A stretch of 64,000 bases of DNA, taken from positions 5,638 through 69,637 of the forward strand of contig DEQO01000196.1 in the NCBI GenBank assembly GCA_002360495.1. Reading direction: 5' to 3'. Shown here piece by piece: positions 32,085 through 42,430 of the stretch (its first letter is position 1; each line of letters starts with the position of its first letter). Below the pieces are notes generated by a model. That model ran no database searches. It saw only the letters and a program-made list of their open reading frames with translations, and had not been told where the DNA came from. Both the position numbers and the translations under genes were made by a program. Source of the DNA: Flavobacteriales bacterium UBA3364 (GTDB lineage Bacteria; Bacteroidota; Bacteroidia; Flavobacteriales_F; PHOS-HE28).

Positions 32085-32405
32085 CGGCAACAAGATAGCC
32101 GGAAGGGCTGAAGCGGCGGCGGGGCGGGGGCGGATGGTGGGTCCGCGATCCGGTGCCGCCGGTCTGGGGGCAGTGGCCTATCGGCTTCGCCGCCATTTGA
32201 ACCAGCGTAGCGGATGGCGATCGCTGCCAGGGCCATCGGCATCTGCCTGGAACAAAGGCCGATCACCTTGCCGGGCCGGCGGTCAAATTGCTGCCCGGCT
32301 GCCCGGGTTAGGAACACTTCATGGTTGATCGTTCCCGAGGCCTGACCTTATCCAGAGCATCCCCCGGCTACTACCTTGTAGGATGCCTTGCCGAACTCCC
32401 CGACC

Positions 32406-32666
32406 ATGACCAAGTGTAAGATCTGCCGTGTCCTGGGCAGGAACATCTATGCGCAGCGCGTGGCCTATCGATTCACCCAGGAGTATCTCGCCCATGAAGC
32501 AGGCATCAGCCAGGGCACCTTCTGCAAGGTCGAGAAGGGCGAGATCGAATTACGGGTCGAAGCTGCTCTCCGGATCGCCCGGCTCCTCGGTCGCACGATC
32601 GAGGAGTTGAGTTCTCCGCAGATGGTGGTGAAGTCACTTGAGGATCGGATGCGCAGGGCAGGATAG
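32406..32666 (+). CDS. XRE-family helix-turn-helix regulator
   Basis: ATG at 32406 (the ORF-track start at 32388 is TTG). GRNIYAQRVAYRFTQEYLAHEAGISQGTFCKVEKGEIELRVEAALRIARLLG is a classic HTH_3 pattern. Confidence 0.75.
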   Translation: MTKCKICRVLGRNIYAQRVAYRFTQEYLAHEAGISQGTFCKVEKGEIELRVEAALRIARLLGRTIEELSSPQMVVKSLEDRMRRAG

Positions 32667-32719
32667 GCGACGCATGCCGCCGTGCGGATCGTGGTTGGGT
32701 GGGTCTTCTACCGGCCTGC

Positions 32720-33159
32720 GAGGCAGCTTCGATCGATATAGGCGGCACCTTCGATCGAACGTGGAGTCAACTTCGATCGACATGGGAGGCACCTTCGATC
32801 GAATGTGGAGGCAGCTTCGATCGACATACGAGGCACATCCGATCGAATGTGGAGTCAGCTTCGATCGCCATAAGAGGCACATCCGATCGAATGTGGAGTC
32901 AGCTTCGATCGACATAGGAGGCACATCCGATCGAATGTGGAGGCAGCTTCGATCGACATAGGCGGCACTTTCGATCGAATGCGGAGGCAGCTTCGATCGA
33001 CATAGGAGGCACATCAGATCGAACGTGGAGTCAACTTCGATCGACATAAGAGGCACCTTTGATCGAATGTGGAAGCACCTTCGATCGGCATAGGCGGCAC
33101 ATCCGATCGAATGCGGAAGCAGCTTCGATCGAAATGGGAGGCACATCCGATCGAACGTG
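32720..33159. repeat. tandem array: 20 x 22-bp units (10 x 44-bp alternating A/B units), each with a CGATCG core
   Basis: A type: GAGGCAGCTTCGATCGACATAG. B type: GAGGCACATCCGATCGAATGTG. In B units, CACAT...ATGTG flank the core as an imperfect 18-bp palindrome. Units were parsed by hand from 32720 to 33159 with few substitutions. Confidence 0.9.
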
Positions 33160-33375
33160 GAGGCCTGCCCGTGCCGATATGCGGTACGGAATAAACTATT
33201 CCGCCGGGAATGGAACACGTTGTATCCCTTGCCCACGGCGGTGTTCCGGGCACTTCGATCATTCCGTGCGGCATATCGGGAGCCGTTCGGAAACCCTCGA
33301 TCCGGCGGCCCGTTGCACACCTCGGATCACCAAAAAACGGTACCCATCCGGTGGCCGGATCCGCAACCGGAAAAC

Positions 33376-33996
33376 ATGAAGTCCAAGGTAAAGTTGTCGT
33401 TGTATCTGTTGAATCCCGCCAAACGGCTGATGTTGCTCCGCAACGTGATCGGCAAGATGTCCGGGAACCCCCACTTCCCCACGCCGCCGGTGACGATGGT
33501 CGCCGCCACGGCGCTGGCGGACGAACTGGACACCGCCATCCAGGAGGCCACCCATGGCAGCAAAGCCGCGAAGGCGGTGCGGAACGCCTTGTCCCGCCAG
33601 TGCGCGGACATGCTGAACGTGCTGGCGGACTACCAGCGCATGGTGAGCAATGGGGACGAGGTGATGCTGAGCTCCGGAGGCTTCGAGATGGCGAAGAAGC
33701 GGGAGCTCGTGGGCATCCCGGGAGCGCCCCAGAAGCTGCAGGTCCGCTTCACCAATGCGAAGGGCCAGCTGGACCTGCGCTGGCAGCCGGTGCGCGGCGC
33801 ACACGGCTACCAGGTGTGGATGACGGCGATGGACCCCACCGTGGAAGCCCACTGGGAGGCCATTGGGTACACCACCCGGGTGAGCCACCTGGTGGATGAG
33901 CTGGAGAGCTTCAAGGCCCATTGGTTCTGCGTAAGCGCCATCGGCGTGGCCGGCGAAGGCCTGCAGAGCGATCCTGCGATGGGCCGCGCAGCCTGA
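33376..33996 (+). CDS. hypothetical protein with C-terminal fibronectin type III-like domain
   Basis: ATG at 33376 (MKSKVKLSLYLLNPAKR). The C-terminal PQKLQVRFTNAKGQLDLRWQPVRGAHGYQVWMT...WFCVSAIGVAGEG is an Fn3-like pattern. Confidence 0.6.
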   Translation: MKSKVKLSLYLLNPAKRLMLLRNVIGKMSGNPHFPTPPVTMVAATALADELDTAIQEATHGSKAAKAVRNALSRQCADMLNVLADYQRMVSNGDEVMLSSGGFEMAKKRELVGIPGAPQKLQVRFTNAKGQLDLRWQPVRGAHGYQVWMTAMDPTVEAHWEAIGYTTRVSHLVDELESFKAHWFCVSAIGVAGEGLQSDPAMGRAA

Positions 33997-34168
33997 CGGT
34001 CCGCGTCCTGCCACGATCGGGCAGCCCTGTATCCGACCCCGGATCTTCCTGCCACGGCAGGAGGCCGGGGTCGGGTCGTTCCAGGGGGTCCTGCTGCCCC
34101 GGACGCTCGATGATGCAGTGCGTCCGTCCCCTGCCCGGCGGTCCGTGCTGTCCTGCGGAAGGAAGTCC

Positions 34169-36124
34169 TCACCCCACCACCACGCGCCCGGTCTTCCGGG
34201 CCAGTCGCTTCTTGGCCTCGGTCAGGTGCATGATCTCCTGCAGCAGCGCCATCACGCCCAGCTCGTCGGCGGTCTTCAGTTGTTCCTGCCGTTCCTTGAT
34301 CATGCGGTCCACGCGGCGTTCCTTCAGGATGTCCACGGCCTCTTCCAGCGCGTCGTAGAGCGCCTCGCTCTCGCGCTTCACGTGGATCTTGTGGCGCTCC
34401 TTCCAATTGGCGCTGAGCACGTGCTTCTCGGTGAGCAGGTCGATGGCGGTGTTGCGCCAGTGCTCCTGCTCATGGCCCACGTAGCGCTGGGCGTCCACCG
34501 CGTGGCCCAGGTTGCTGGTGTGCCGGTAGTCCAGGTAGATCTCGCGGAAGATGAGCTCATCGAAGAGGATGTCGTCCAGGGCGAGCAGCTCGAACATCAG
34601 TTCGGCCACGCTGGTCTCCTCCTCGGTGGTGTTGCCGTCCTCGTCCTGCACGGGCACCGTGATGCGTTCGTGCCCGTAGCTCAGCAGCATGCGCAGCAGG
34701 TCGCGCTCCTGCGGCGAGGTGCCGAGGTCCTCCACGGTGGGCTGCGGCGCGGCGATGTCCGGGGCCAGCTGCTCCACGGGCAGGTTCGCCTCTCCGCCCA
34801 GCTTCCTGCGGTACTGCCGGCGCAGCACCTTGTTCATCTCGCTGATCAGCGCCTGCTCGTTGATGTGCAGGAGCCGGCTGCATTGCTGCACGTAGAGCGA
34901 ACGCAGCACCAGGTCCGGCACCAGGGCGATGCTCTCCACGATCTCGTGGATGGCGGCGGCCTTCTTCACCGGGTCGTCGCCGCTGTCGGCCATGAGCAGG
35001 CCGGCCTTGAAGACGAGGAAGTCCTGCGCGTTGTTCGCCAGGTGCGCGGCCACCTCACTGCTGCCATGGCGCTTGGCGAAGCTGTCCGGGTCCTCGCCCT
35101 CGGGGAAGGTGACCACCTTCACGTTGAGGCCCTCCTTCAGGATGAGGTCGATGCCGCGCAGGCTGGCCTTCATGCCCGCCGCATCCCCGTCGTAGAGGAT
35201 GCTCACGGTGGGGGCGTAGCGCTTGATCAGGCGCACCTGTTCCTCGGTGAGGCTGGTGCCGCTGCTGGCCACCACGTTGGTGATGCCCGCCTGGTGCAGG
35301 CTGATGACGTCGGTATAGCCCTCCACCAGGTAACACAGCTGCTGCTCCACGATGGACTTCTTCGCGTGGAAGATGCCGTAGAGCGAGCGGCTCTTGTTGT
35401 AGAGCACGCTCTCGGGGCTGTTGAAGTACTTCGGGAGCTTCTTGTCGCTCTTCAGCGTGCGCGCGCCGAAGGCGATGGGCTGGCCGCTGAGGCCCAGGAT
35501 GGGGAAGGTGACGCGCCCGGCGAAGAAGTCCCAGGGGGTGCGAGCCTCGTCCTCGCGGCGTTTGATCCACCCGGCCTTCTCCAGCAGCTCCGGGTTGAAG
35601 CCGTTGGCGATGGCGGCCTGCGCGAACAGGCTTCCATATTCGGGCACGTAGCCGAGCTGGAAGGTGCGGATGGTGGCCTCGCTGAAGCCGCGCTCGCGGA
35701 AGTAGGAGAGGCCGATGCGCCGGCCTTCATCGGTGTTCCACAGCTGCTCCACGCTCCAGTTGAGCGCCCACTGCTGGATCACGCCCAGGGCTTCGCGCTC
35801 GCTCTGTTCGATCTCCTGCTCGGGTGTCCGCTCCTCTTCCGGCAGGTCGATGTTGTACCGTTTGGCCAGCCAGCGGATGGCCTCCACGTAGCTGAGGTGC
35901 TCGTGCTTCTGCAGGAAGCCGATGGCATCACCCGCCTCGCCGCAGCCGAAACACTTGTAGATGCCCAGGTTGGGGCTGACGTTGAAGCTGGGGGTCTTCT
36001 CGTTGTGGAAGGGGCAGAGGCCCAGGTAGCGCGGACCCTTGCGCTTGAGGGCCACGAATTCGCCCACCACCTCCTCCACGCGGGCGGCATCCTTCACTTG
36101 CTGTATGGCGTGCGGGGCGATCAA
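34169..36124 (-). CDS. dnaG: DNA primase
   Basis: Zinc finger: GLCPFHNEKTPSFNVSPNLGIYKCFGCGEAGD. Toprim: YLVEGYTDVISLHQAG, ILYDGDAAG. I prefer the TTG at 36124 ((M)IAPHAIQQVKDAARVEEV, the typical DnaG N-terminus). The ORF-track start at 36241 is GTG and adds a Pro/Gly-rich extension. Confidence 0.85.
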   Translation of the reverse strand: MIAPHAIQQVKDAARVEEVVGEFVALKRKGPRYLGLCPFHNEKTPSFNVSPNLGIYKCFGCGEAGDAIGFLQKHEHLSYVEAIRWLAKRYNIDLPEEERTPEQEIEQSEREALGVIQQWALNWSVEQLWNTDEGRRIGLSYFRERGFSEATIRTFQLGYVPEYGSLFAQAAIANGFNPELLEKAGWIKRREDEARTPWDFFAGRVTFPILGLSGQPIAFGARTLKSDKKLPKYFNSPESVLYNKSRSLYGIFHAKKSIVEQQLCYLVEGYTDVISLHQAGITNVVASSGTSLTEEQVRLIKRYAPTVSILYDGDAAGMKASLRGIDLILKEGLNVKVVTFPEGEDPDSFAKRHGSSEVAAHLANNAQDFLVFKAGLLMADSGDDPVKKAAAIHEIVESIALVPDLVLRSLYVQQCSRLLHINEQALISEMNKVLRRQYRRKLGGEANLPVEQLAPDIAAPQPTVEDLGTSPQERDLLRMLLSYGHERITVPVQDEDGNTTEEETSVAELMFELLALDDILFDELIFREIYLDYRHTSNLGHAVDAQRYVGHEQEHWRNTAIDLLTEKHVLSANWKERHKIHVKRESEALYDALEEAVDILKERRVDRMIKERQEQLKTADELGVMALLQEIMHLTEAKKRLARKTGRVVVG

Positions 36125-36321
36125 CGGGGGTGGTGAACGGGAAGGGGGCGTGAGTTTACCCAGACCGGGATGGCCGGGCGACGGTTGTTGAGATCCGGGA
36201 CCCGGTGCGCGGGCATGTGGATCGGGGCCGCGGGCACCCACGGGCGTTGAACCTCAAGGCCCTGCGCGCGGCCCCGGCGCGCGCGGCGCACGACGATATG
36301 AACACCGGATCCACGATCCCC

Positions 36322-36741
36322 TCAGCGGACCACCGCACCGGTGCTGTCGTGCACCACCCGCTTCAGTTCGGTCCCGTTGGGGTCGTAGTAGATCCATTCA
36401 CCGTAGGGCATGCCGTGCAGGTAGCTGCCGGTGTACAGGGGTTTGCCGTTCTCGTGGTACACCACGGTGTGGCCTTCCTCCAGGCCCTGGATGTAGGTGG
36501 AGCGGCTGCGGACCATGCCGTTGGGGAAGTACGAGGTCCATGGCCCGGTGCGCTTGCCCTTGCGCAGCCGGCCTTCCATGCGACCGCCGTCGGGCAGGCG
36601 GATCACCTTCCGGCCGTCCTGGCCGGAGGCTGGCGGCCGGCCCACGCTGTCCGTGGTGTCCGCGGGCACCGGTTTCCCGGCATCCGGGCCGGCGGGGCCA
36701 CAGGCGGTCAACAGGGCGGCGAGGAGGAGGAGGCGGTGCAT
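36322..36741 (-). CDS. lipoprotein with MORN-variant (YwqK-like) repeats
   Basis: MHRLLLLAALLTACG lipobox. Repeats of the type G.W..YFPNG, HENGKPLYTGSY, GMPYGEWIYYDPNG. Confidence 0.65.
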   Translation of the reverse strand: MHRLLLLAALLTACGPAGPDAGKPVPADTTDSVGRPPASGQDGRKVIRLPDGGRMEGRLRKGKRTGPWTSYFPNGMVRSRSTYIQGLEEGHTVVYHENGKPLYTGSYLHGMPYGEWIYYDPNGTELKRVVHDSTGAVVR

Positions 36742-36765
36742 GGTCCCGGGTCCGTTGTCGGTGGT

Positions 36766-37815
36766 CTATTTGGTGCGCTCCACGGTGAGCTGGACGAGGC
36801 CTTCCAGGGCATCGCGGGCCTCGTTCCGCGGGAAGCCATGCAGCACGGCCAGGGCCTTGTCCCGGTATGCGTACATGCGCTGGGTGGCGTGGCGGATGCC
36901 GCCGGCCTGCGTCACCATGTCCATCAGGCGCGCCACGGCCCGGCCGTCCTCGTTGCGGTTCTTCACCACATCCACCATCCAGCGCCGGTCGCTGCGGTCC
37001 ACCTGGGCCAGGGCGTGGATCAGCGGCAGGGTCAGTTTCTTCTCCTTGATGTCCAGGCCGGTGGGTTTGCCGGTATCCTGGCCGCTGCCGTAGTCGAACA
37101 GGTCGTCCTTGATCTGGAAGGCGATGCCGGTGTGCTCCCCGAAGAGGCGCATGCGTTCCACCTCCTCCGCGGGGCGCCCGGCCGCGCTGGTGCCACTGGC
37201 GCAGCACGCGGCGATGAGGCTTGCCGTCTTCTTGCGGATGATGTCGAAGTAGACGTCCTCCTGGAAGTTGAGCCCCCGGGTCTTCTCCAGCTGGAGCAGT
37301 TCGCCCTCGCTCATCTCGCGCACCGCCGAGCTCACGATGCGCAGCAGCTCGAACTCCCCCTTGTCGATGGCCAGCAGGAGCCCGCGGCTGAGGAGGTAGT
37401 CGCCCACGAGCACGGCGATCTTGTTCTTCCACAGCGCGTTGATGCTGAAGAACCCGCGCCGCATGTTGGCATCGTCCACCACATCATCGTGCACCAGGGT
37501 GGCCGTGTGCAGCAGTTCGATGAGGCTGGCCGCCACGAAGGCGCTCTCGTTCACCGCCCCGAACTGGCGCGCACTGAGCAGCGTGAACATGGGCCGCATC
37601 TGCTTGCCCTTGCGCTTCACGATGTAGTGCATGATCCGGTCCAGCAAGGCCACCCGGCTGCGCATGGCTTCGCGGAAATGAGGCTCGAAGGCCTTCATCT
37701 CCGCGGCGATCGGGCGTTGGAGTTCCTCGAAAGTGAGCAGGGGCGGGGCTTCTGTCAGTTCGGTCTTGGGCACGGGAAGGCAAAGATGGGGATCGGGCCG
37801 ATCCCCGGCGGACAA
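36766..37815 (-). CDS. ispB: polyprenyl (octaprenyl-type) diphosphate synthase
   Basis: GKQMRPMF, first DDxxD in LVHDDVVDDA, second in FQIKDDLFDY. The ORF-track start is TTG, so the true start is uncertain. Confidence 0.8.
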   Translation of the reverse strand: MSAGDRPDPHLCLPVPKTELTEAPPLLTFEELQRPIAAEMKAFEPHFREAMRSRVALLDRIMHYIVKRKGKQMRPMFTLLSARQFGAVNESAFVAASLIELLHTATLVHDDVVDDANMRRGFFSINALWKNKIAVLVGDYLLSRGLLLAIDKGEFELLRIVSSAVREMSEGELLQLEKTRGLNFQEDVYFDIIRKKTASLIAACCASGTSAAGRPAEEVERMRLFGEHTGIAFQIKDDLFDYGSGQDTGKPTGLDIKEKKLTLPLIHALAQVDRSDRRWMVDVVKNRNEDGRAVARLMDMVTQAGGIRHATQRMYAYRDKALAVLHGFPRNEARDALEGLVQLTVERTK

Positions 37816-37874
37816 CCATGGGTGCGGAATGTCGTCTGAACGGGAGTGGGCGCCGCCCCCTACCTTCGCTCTTC

Positions 37875-38591
37875 ATGACCCGCACGACCCCCTTGCTCCG
37901 TCCCTTTCTGGTCGCCTTGCTACTGGTCCCGACCGCTACGGTCATGGCCCAACCCACCCAAACGAAAGTGGTGCTCTACAAGGACCGGCTCGCCGCGGCT
38001 TTCGATACGGTCGACTGTGTGAAGAACGTGGTGAAGGTCAACCCGCTGCTGTTCCTTCGGGGAGAGATCCCCATCTATTTCGAGCGGGCCATCAGCCCCA
38101 AGCTCAGCATTGAAGCCGGTATCGGGGTCACCCTCCGGGACTATCTCGCGCTTTCCTTCAACGGGAACGATGCCGATGATTACGGCGCCGGCACGGAGAT
38201 CGTCCCGCAGGTCAGTTTTCACGTTGGGTTCCGATACTATTTCGAGGATGATCTGGAGCCCCAGGGACTCTACCTGCAACCCAACTTCTCCCACCTGCGG
38301 TACACGAAGGATATCCGCACCAAGGGTCCAACAGGTGAATTCACCGATGTGTACCTGCGCGATGATCGGACATACAACGATATCCGCCTATACGTGGGCT
38401 ACCAAGTGCTCAGTTCCAATAGCAATTGGATGTGGGACCTGTACGGTGGTCTCGGTTACCGTGACCGGTACAACATCATCGTCAACCAAAGCGTGGACCT
38501 GACGACCGACCAGTACACGTATTCGGTGGAGGAGTCCAAGGACCAGACGGTGGCGTTCTTCGCCGGGGTGAAGGTGGGTCTGGGGTTCTGA
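37875..38591 (+). CDS. putative outer-membrane beta-barrel protein
   Basis: ATG at 37875. Signal peptide MTRTTPLLRPFLVALLLVPTATVMAQ. Alternating hydrophobic beta-strand pattern with a C-terminal aromatic residue (VGLGF). Confidence 0.55.
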   Translation: MTRTTPLLRPFLVALLLVPTATVMAQPTQTKVVLYKDRLAAAFDTVDCVKNVVKVNPLLFLRGEIPIYFERAISPKLSIEAGIGVTLRDYLALSFNGNDADDYGAGTEIVPQVSFHVGFRYYFEDDLEPQGLYLQPNFSHLRYTKDIRTKGPTGEFTDVYLRDDRTYNDIRLYVGYQVLSSNSNWMWDLYGGLGYRDRYNIIVNQSVDLTTDQYTYSVEESKDQTVAFFAGVKVGLGF

Positions 38592-38621
38592 AACGCCGGG
38601 ATCGGACCTGATGGTCCAATG

Positions 38622-39695
38622 CTACTTCATCACGCGTTCCCCGTCCTTCAAAGCAGGTTCGTTCTTGTTGGCGAGTTGTCCGCAGGCGGCATCGATGTCG
38701 CGACCACGGCTTCTGCGGATCCTTGCGACGATGCCTTTCTTCTCCAGGTGGTACATGAAGGCAACGGCATCCTCACTTTCGGTGCGGCCGAACTCGCTTC
38801 CGTCGATCGGGTTGTATTCGATCAAGTTCACTTTGGCGTGAACGTCGCTCGCGTAGCGCACCAGTTCCTGCGCGTCGGCCAGTGAATCGTTGAACCCGCG
38901 CAACAGGATGTACTCGAAGGTGACGTCTTTGCGGGTGACCCGCGTGTAGTAGCGTAACGCGTCCTTCAGATCGGCCAGCGAGTTCTGCTCGTTGATCGGC
39001 ATGATCTTGTCGCGCTTCTCATCGTTGGCGGCATGCAGGCTCAGCGCAAGGTTGAAGCGAGCACCATCATCGGCCAGCTTGCGGATCATTTTCGCTATGC
39101 CCGCGGTGCTCACGGTAACACGTCGTGCACCCAGGCCCAAACCATCCTGCGCCATGATGCGTTCCGCGCTACGCATCGTGTTGGCGTAGTTGAGCAACGG
39201 TTCGCCCATGCCCATGTACACGATGTTGCTGATGCCCTGCTTGTGATGCTTCAACGCGAGATCGTCGATCATCGTCACTTGGTCCACGATCTCGGCAGCA
39301 TCCAGATTGCGGATGCGTTTCAATTTGCCCGTTGCACAAAAGCTGCAGGTGAGACTGCACCCGATCTGGCTGCTGATGCAGGCCGTAAGCCGGGTAGGGG
39401 TCGGGATCAAGACACCTTCCACCACATGACCATCCCATGTCTTGAAAGCACATTTCACCGTGCCGTCCTGGCTGAGTTGTTCCTCTACCAAGGTCAACGG
39501 CCGGAAAAGCGTGCGTTCTGCGAGCTTCTCCCGGAACGCCTTGGGCAGGTCGCTCATGTGGTCGAACGCCCGGGCCTTCTTCTTCCATAGCCATTCCCAG
39601 AGCTGCTTCGCGCGGTAGGGCTTTTCACCGAGTTCCGCGACGAGCGTTTTGATCTCGTCCTGGGAGAGTTCGCGGATGTCGGACGTTGCGGCCAT
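38622..39695 (-). CDS. rlmN: 23S rRNA/tRNA adenine-C2 methyltransferase, radical SAM
   Basis: ISSQIGCSLTCSFCATG (CxxxCxxC), MGMGEPLLN, and a C-terminal IDAACGQL. Confidence 0.9.
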   Translation of the reverse strand: MAATSDIRELSQDEIKTLVAELGEKPYRAKQLWEWLWKKKARAFDHMSDLPKAFREKLAERTLFRPLTLVEEQLSQDGTVKCAFKTWDGHVVEGVLIPTPTRLTACISSQIGCSLTCSFCATGKLKRIRNLDAAEIVDQVTMIDDLALKHHKQGISNIVYMGMGEPLLNYANTMRSAERIMAQDGLGLGARRVTVSTAGIAKMIRKLADDGARFNLALSLHAANDEKRDKIMPINEQNSLADLKDALRYYTRVTRKDVTFEYILLRGFNDSLADAQELVRYASDVHAKVNLIEYNPIDGSEFGRTESEDAVAFMYHLEKKGIVARIRRSRGRDIDAACGQLANKNEPALKDGERVMK

Positions 39696-39712
39696 GCTGT
39701 AAATGTACCGGC

Positions 39713-40381
39713 TTAGCAGAGCTGCATTTCGGCGATCCTCAGGTCCAGCGGTGTGGTGACCTTGACGTTGTTGTTCTCACCATCCACGAGGTGGACACTT
39801 TTCCCCAGCCGTTCCACCAGGGTGGCTTCATCGGTGAAAGCAGGGTCGTAGGGTAGCTCAAAGGCCGTTCGCAGAAGTTCGAGCCGAAAGCACTGCGGTG
39901 TTTGCACTGCGCGCAAGGCAGTGCGATCGAGCGCCTTGCTTGTTCCACCGCTCACCTCACGCACCGATGAGCTGATCGGCACTACCGGGATCGCGGAACC
40001 ATGTTCTTTCGCCGCCGCGAAACAGCGCGCGATCAATTCCTTGCTCACCAAAGGCCGCACACCATCATGCACCGCGACCACACCATCGCCTTTTACGGCT
40101 CCAAGCCCGTTGCGTGTTGAGTGGAAACGTTCCTCGCCACCGGATACGACCTCATGTTCAATGAAGAACCCGTGCCCGATGCACAGTGCCTTCCAGATCG
40201 GGATCTGCGCTTCGGGCAGCACCAGGATGATCGGCATCGCCGGATCGAAGGCATGGAACGCCTCGATGGTCCAACAGAGCAGCGGTCTGCCCTTCAACAG
40301 CATGAACTGCTTGGGGATGGAGCCGCCCATCCGTTTTCCGGATCCGCCTGCTACGATAATGGTGGTTCTAGAGGAACTCAT
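39713..40381 (-). CDS. ispD: 2-C-methyl-D-erythritol 4-phosphate cytidylyltransferase
   Basis: IIVAGGSGKRMGGSIPKQF, VHDGVRP, VQTPQCF. Confidence 0.85.
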   Translation of the reverse strand: MSSSRTTIIVAGGSGKRMGGSIPKQFMLLKGRPLLCWTIEAFHAFDPAMPIILVLPEAQIPIWKALCIGHGFFIEHEVVSGGEERFHSTRNGLGAVKGDGVVAVHDGVRPLVSKELIARCFAAAKEHGSAIPVVPISSSVREVSGGTSKALDRTALRAVQTPQCFRLELLRTAFELPYDPAFTDEATLVERLGKSVHLVDGENNNVKVTTPLDLRIAEMQLC

Positions 40382-40387
40382 AAGATG

Positions 40388-40478
40388 GCCGCAAAGGCGC
40401 AGAGGCGCAAAGGAATGCCGAAAGAGAAAGGCCGCAGGGAGTTCCCGCGGCCTCTTTGCGTCTTAGCGCCTTTGCGGC
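40388..40478 (-). terminator. nested palindromic element / likely terminator after queA
   Basis: Inner hairpin GGCCGCAGGGA-GT-TCCCGCGGCC (40430-40452), followed on the minus strand by a T-rich run (TTTCTCTTTC). Outer inverted repeat GGCCGCAAAGGCGC (40388-40400) / GCGCCTTTGCGGC (40466-40478). Confidence 0.5.
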
Positions 40479-40485
40479 TCATTCC

Positions 40486-41535
<1,050 letters not shown>

Positions 41536-41668
41536 GTGTAATGAGCGGGCTTACGGGCCCGGGTCCGGGGTTTGGGGCGCCGAAGATAGTACGATCAGGT
41601 GCCGAACGTTAAATGCGCTGTATATCAGGCGGATATGCCTGTTCAAAGGGGGCGAAGACCCTCACGTA

Positions 41669-42403
41669 CTACCGTCGATGACCCTCAGCAGAGATCCGCT
41701 GCGACCAAACGGCAGGGGGCGCAGCGTTCGAGACATCGTATTCGCCGATCCGCGTGCGCCGGAGCGCTGACAGGTAGGCGCCGCAACCCAGCACCTGTCC
41801 GATGTCATGGGCCAACGAACGGATGTAGGTGCCCTTGCCTACGTCCACTACGAAATCAATTTCCGGTCCACGAATGGCCGATACTTCCAAGGAGTTGATC
41901 AGGACGCTCCGGGCGGGGATCTCCACCAGATGCGCACGCTCCGTGTCCCGCGCCAGCCAGTAGGCCCGCTCGCCTTCGAAGCGTTTGGCCGAGAAGTTCG
42001 GCGGGCGCTGCAACATCTCGCCCTTGAATTGTGCGAAAGCGGCCCGAATAGTGGCTTCGTCCAGGTTCTCCCAAGCCCCGAACGGTTCAGGACTGCTCTC
42101 CAGGTCGTAGGTGGGGGTTACACTTCCGAGCGTGAGCGTGCCTGTGTAGGTCTTCTCCTCACCGGTGATGTAGGGCAGCTTCTTGGTGAACGGCCCGTAG
42201 GCCAGGATCAGCAATCCGGTAGCCAAGGGATCCAGGGTCCCGGCATGGCCCACTTTCAATTTCCGCCCGGCGGCGATCCGCATCGCGATGCGGAGCTTTC
42301 CAACAACATCGAAGCTGGTCCAGGTCAACGGCTTGTCGACCAGGAGGATACCGCCGGAATCCGGGTCGAAGACGAAATCGCTGTTCGGGGAGAGGACTTC
42401 CAT
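41669..42403 (-). CDS. truB: tRNA pseudouridine(55) synthase
   Basis: GGILLVDKPLTWTSFDVV, KVGHAGTLDPLATGLL, KGTYIRSLAHDIG. Confidence 0.9.
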   Translation of the reverse strand: MEVLSPNSDFVFDPDSGGILLVDKPLTWTSFDVVGKLRIAMRIAAGRKLKVGHAGTLDPLATGLLILAYGPFTKKLPYITGEEKTYTGTLTLGSVTPTYDLESSPEPFGAWENLDEATIRAAFAQFKGEMLQRPPNFSAKRFEGERAYWLARDTERAHLVEIPARSVLINSLEVSAIRGPEIDFVVDVGKGTYIRSLAHDIGQVLGCGAYLSALRRTRIGEYDVSNAAPPAVWSQRISAEGHRR

Positions 42404-42430
42404 CGTTCTGGTACGATCCGCAAGCCCGGA

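Noticed and set aside
32720-33159. CRISPR array
   Set aside because: There are no unique spacers. The would-be spacers (A units) are themselves repeated nearly identically, the unit is only 22/44 bp, and no cas genes are present in the window.
32634-33320. 228-aa minus-strand ORF, and plus-strand ORFs at 32638-32961, reading through the tandem array as repeat proteins
   Set aside because: The 22-bp period is not a multiple of 3. Several frames on both strands are open simply because the unit lacks stops. The peptides are Arg/Ser/Cys-rich with no start context.
34118-36136. 672-aa plus-strand ORF opposite dnaG
   Set aside because: It lies antisense to an unmistakable primase with zinc finger and Toprim motifs, and its translation is low complexity. 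The same reasoning applies to 36205-37839 (opposite ispB and the lipoprotein), 40456-41541 (opposite queA), 19501-21240 (opposite the helicase) and 45708-46694 (opposite leuS).
36125-36241. GTG-initiated 39-aa N-terminal extension of DnaG
   Set aside because: The extension (GARGPDPHARAPGPGSQQPSPGHPG...) is Pro/Gly-rich. The conserved DnaG N-terminus begins at the TTG at 36124.
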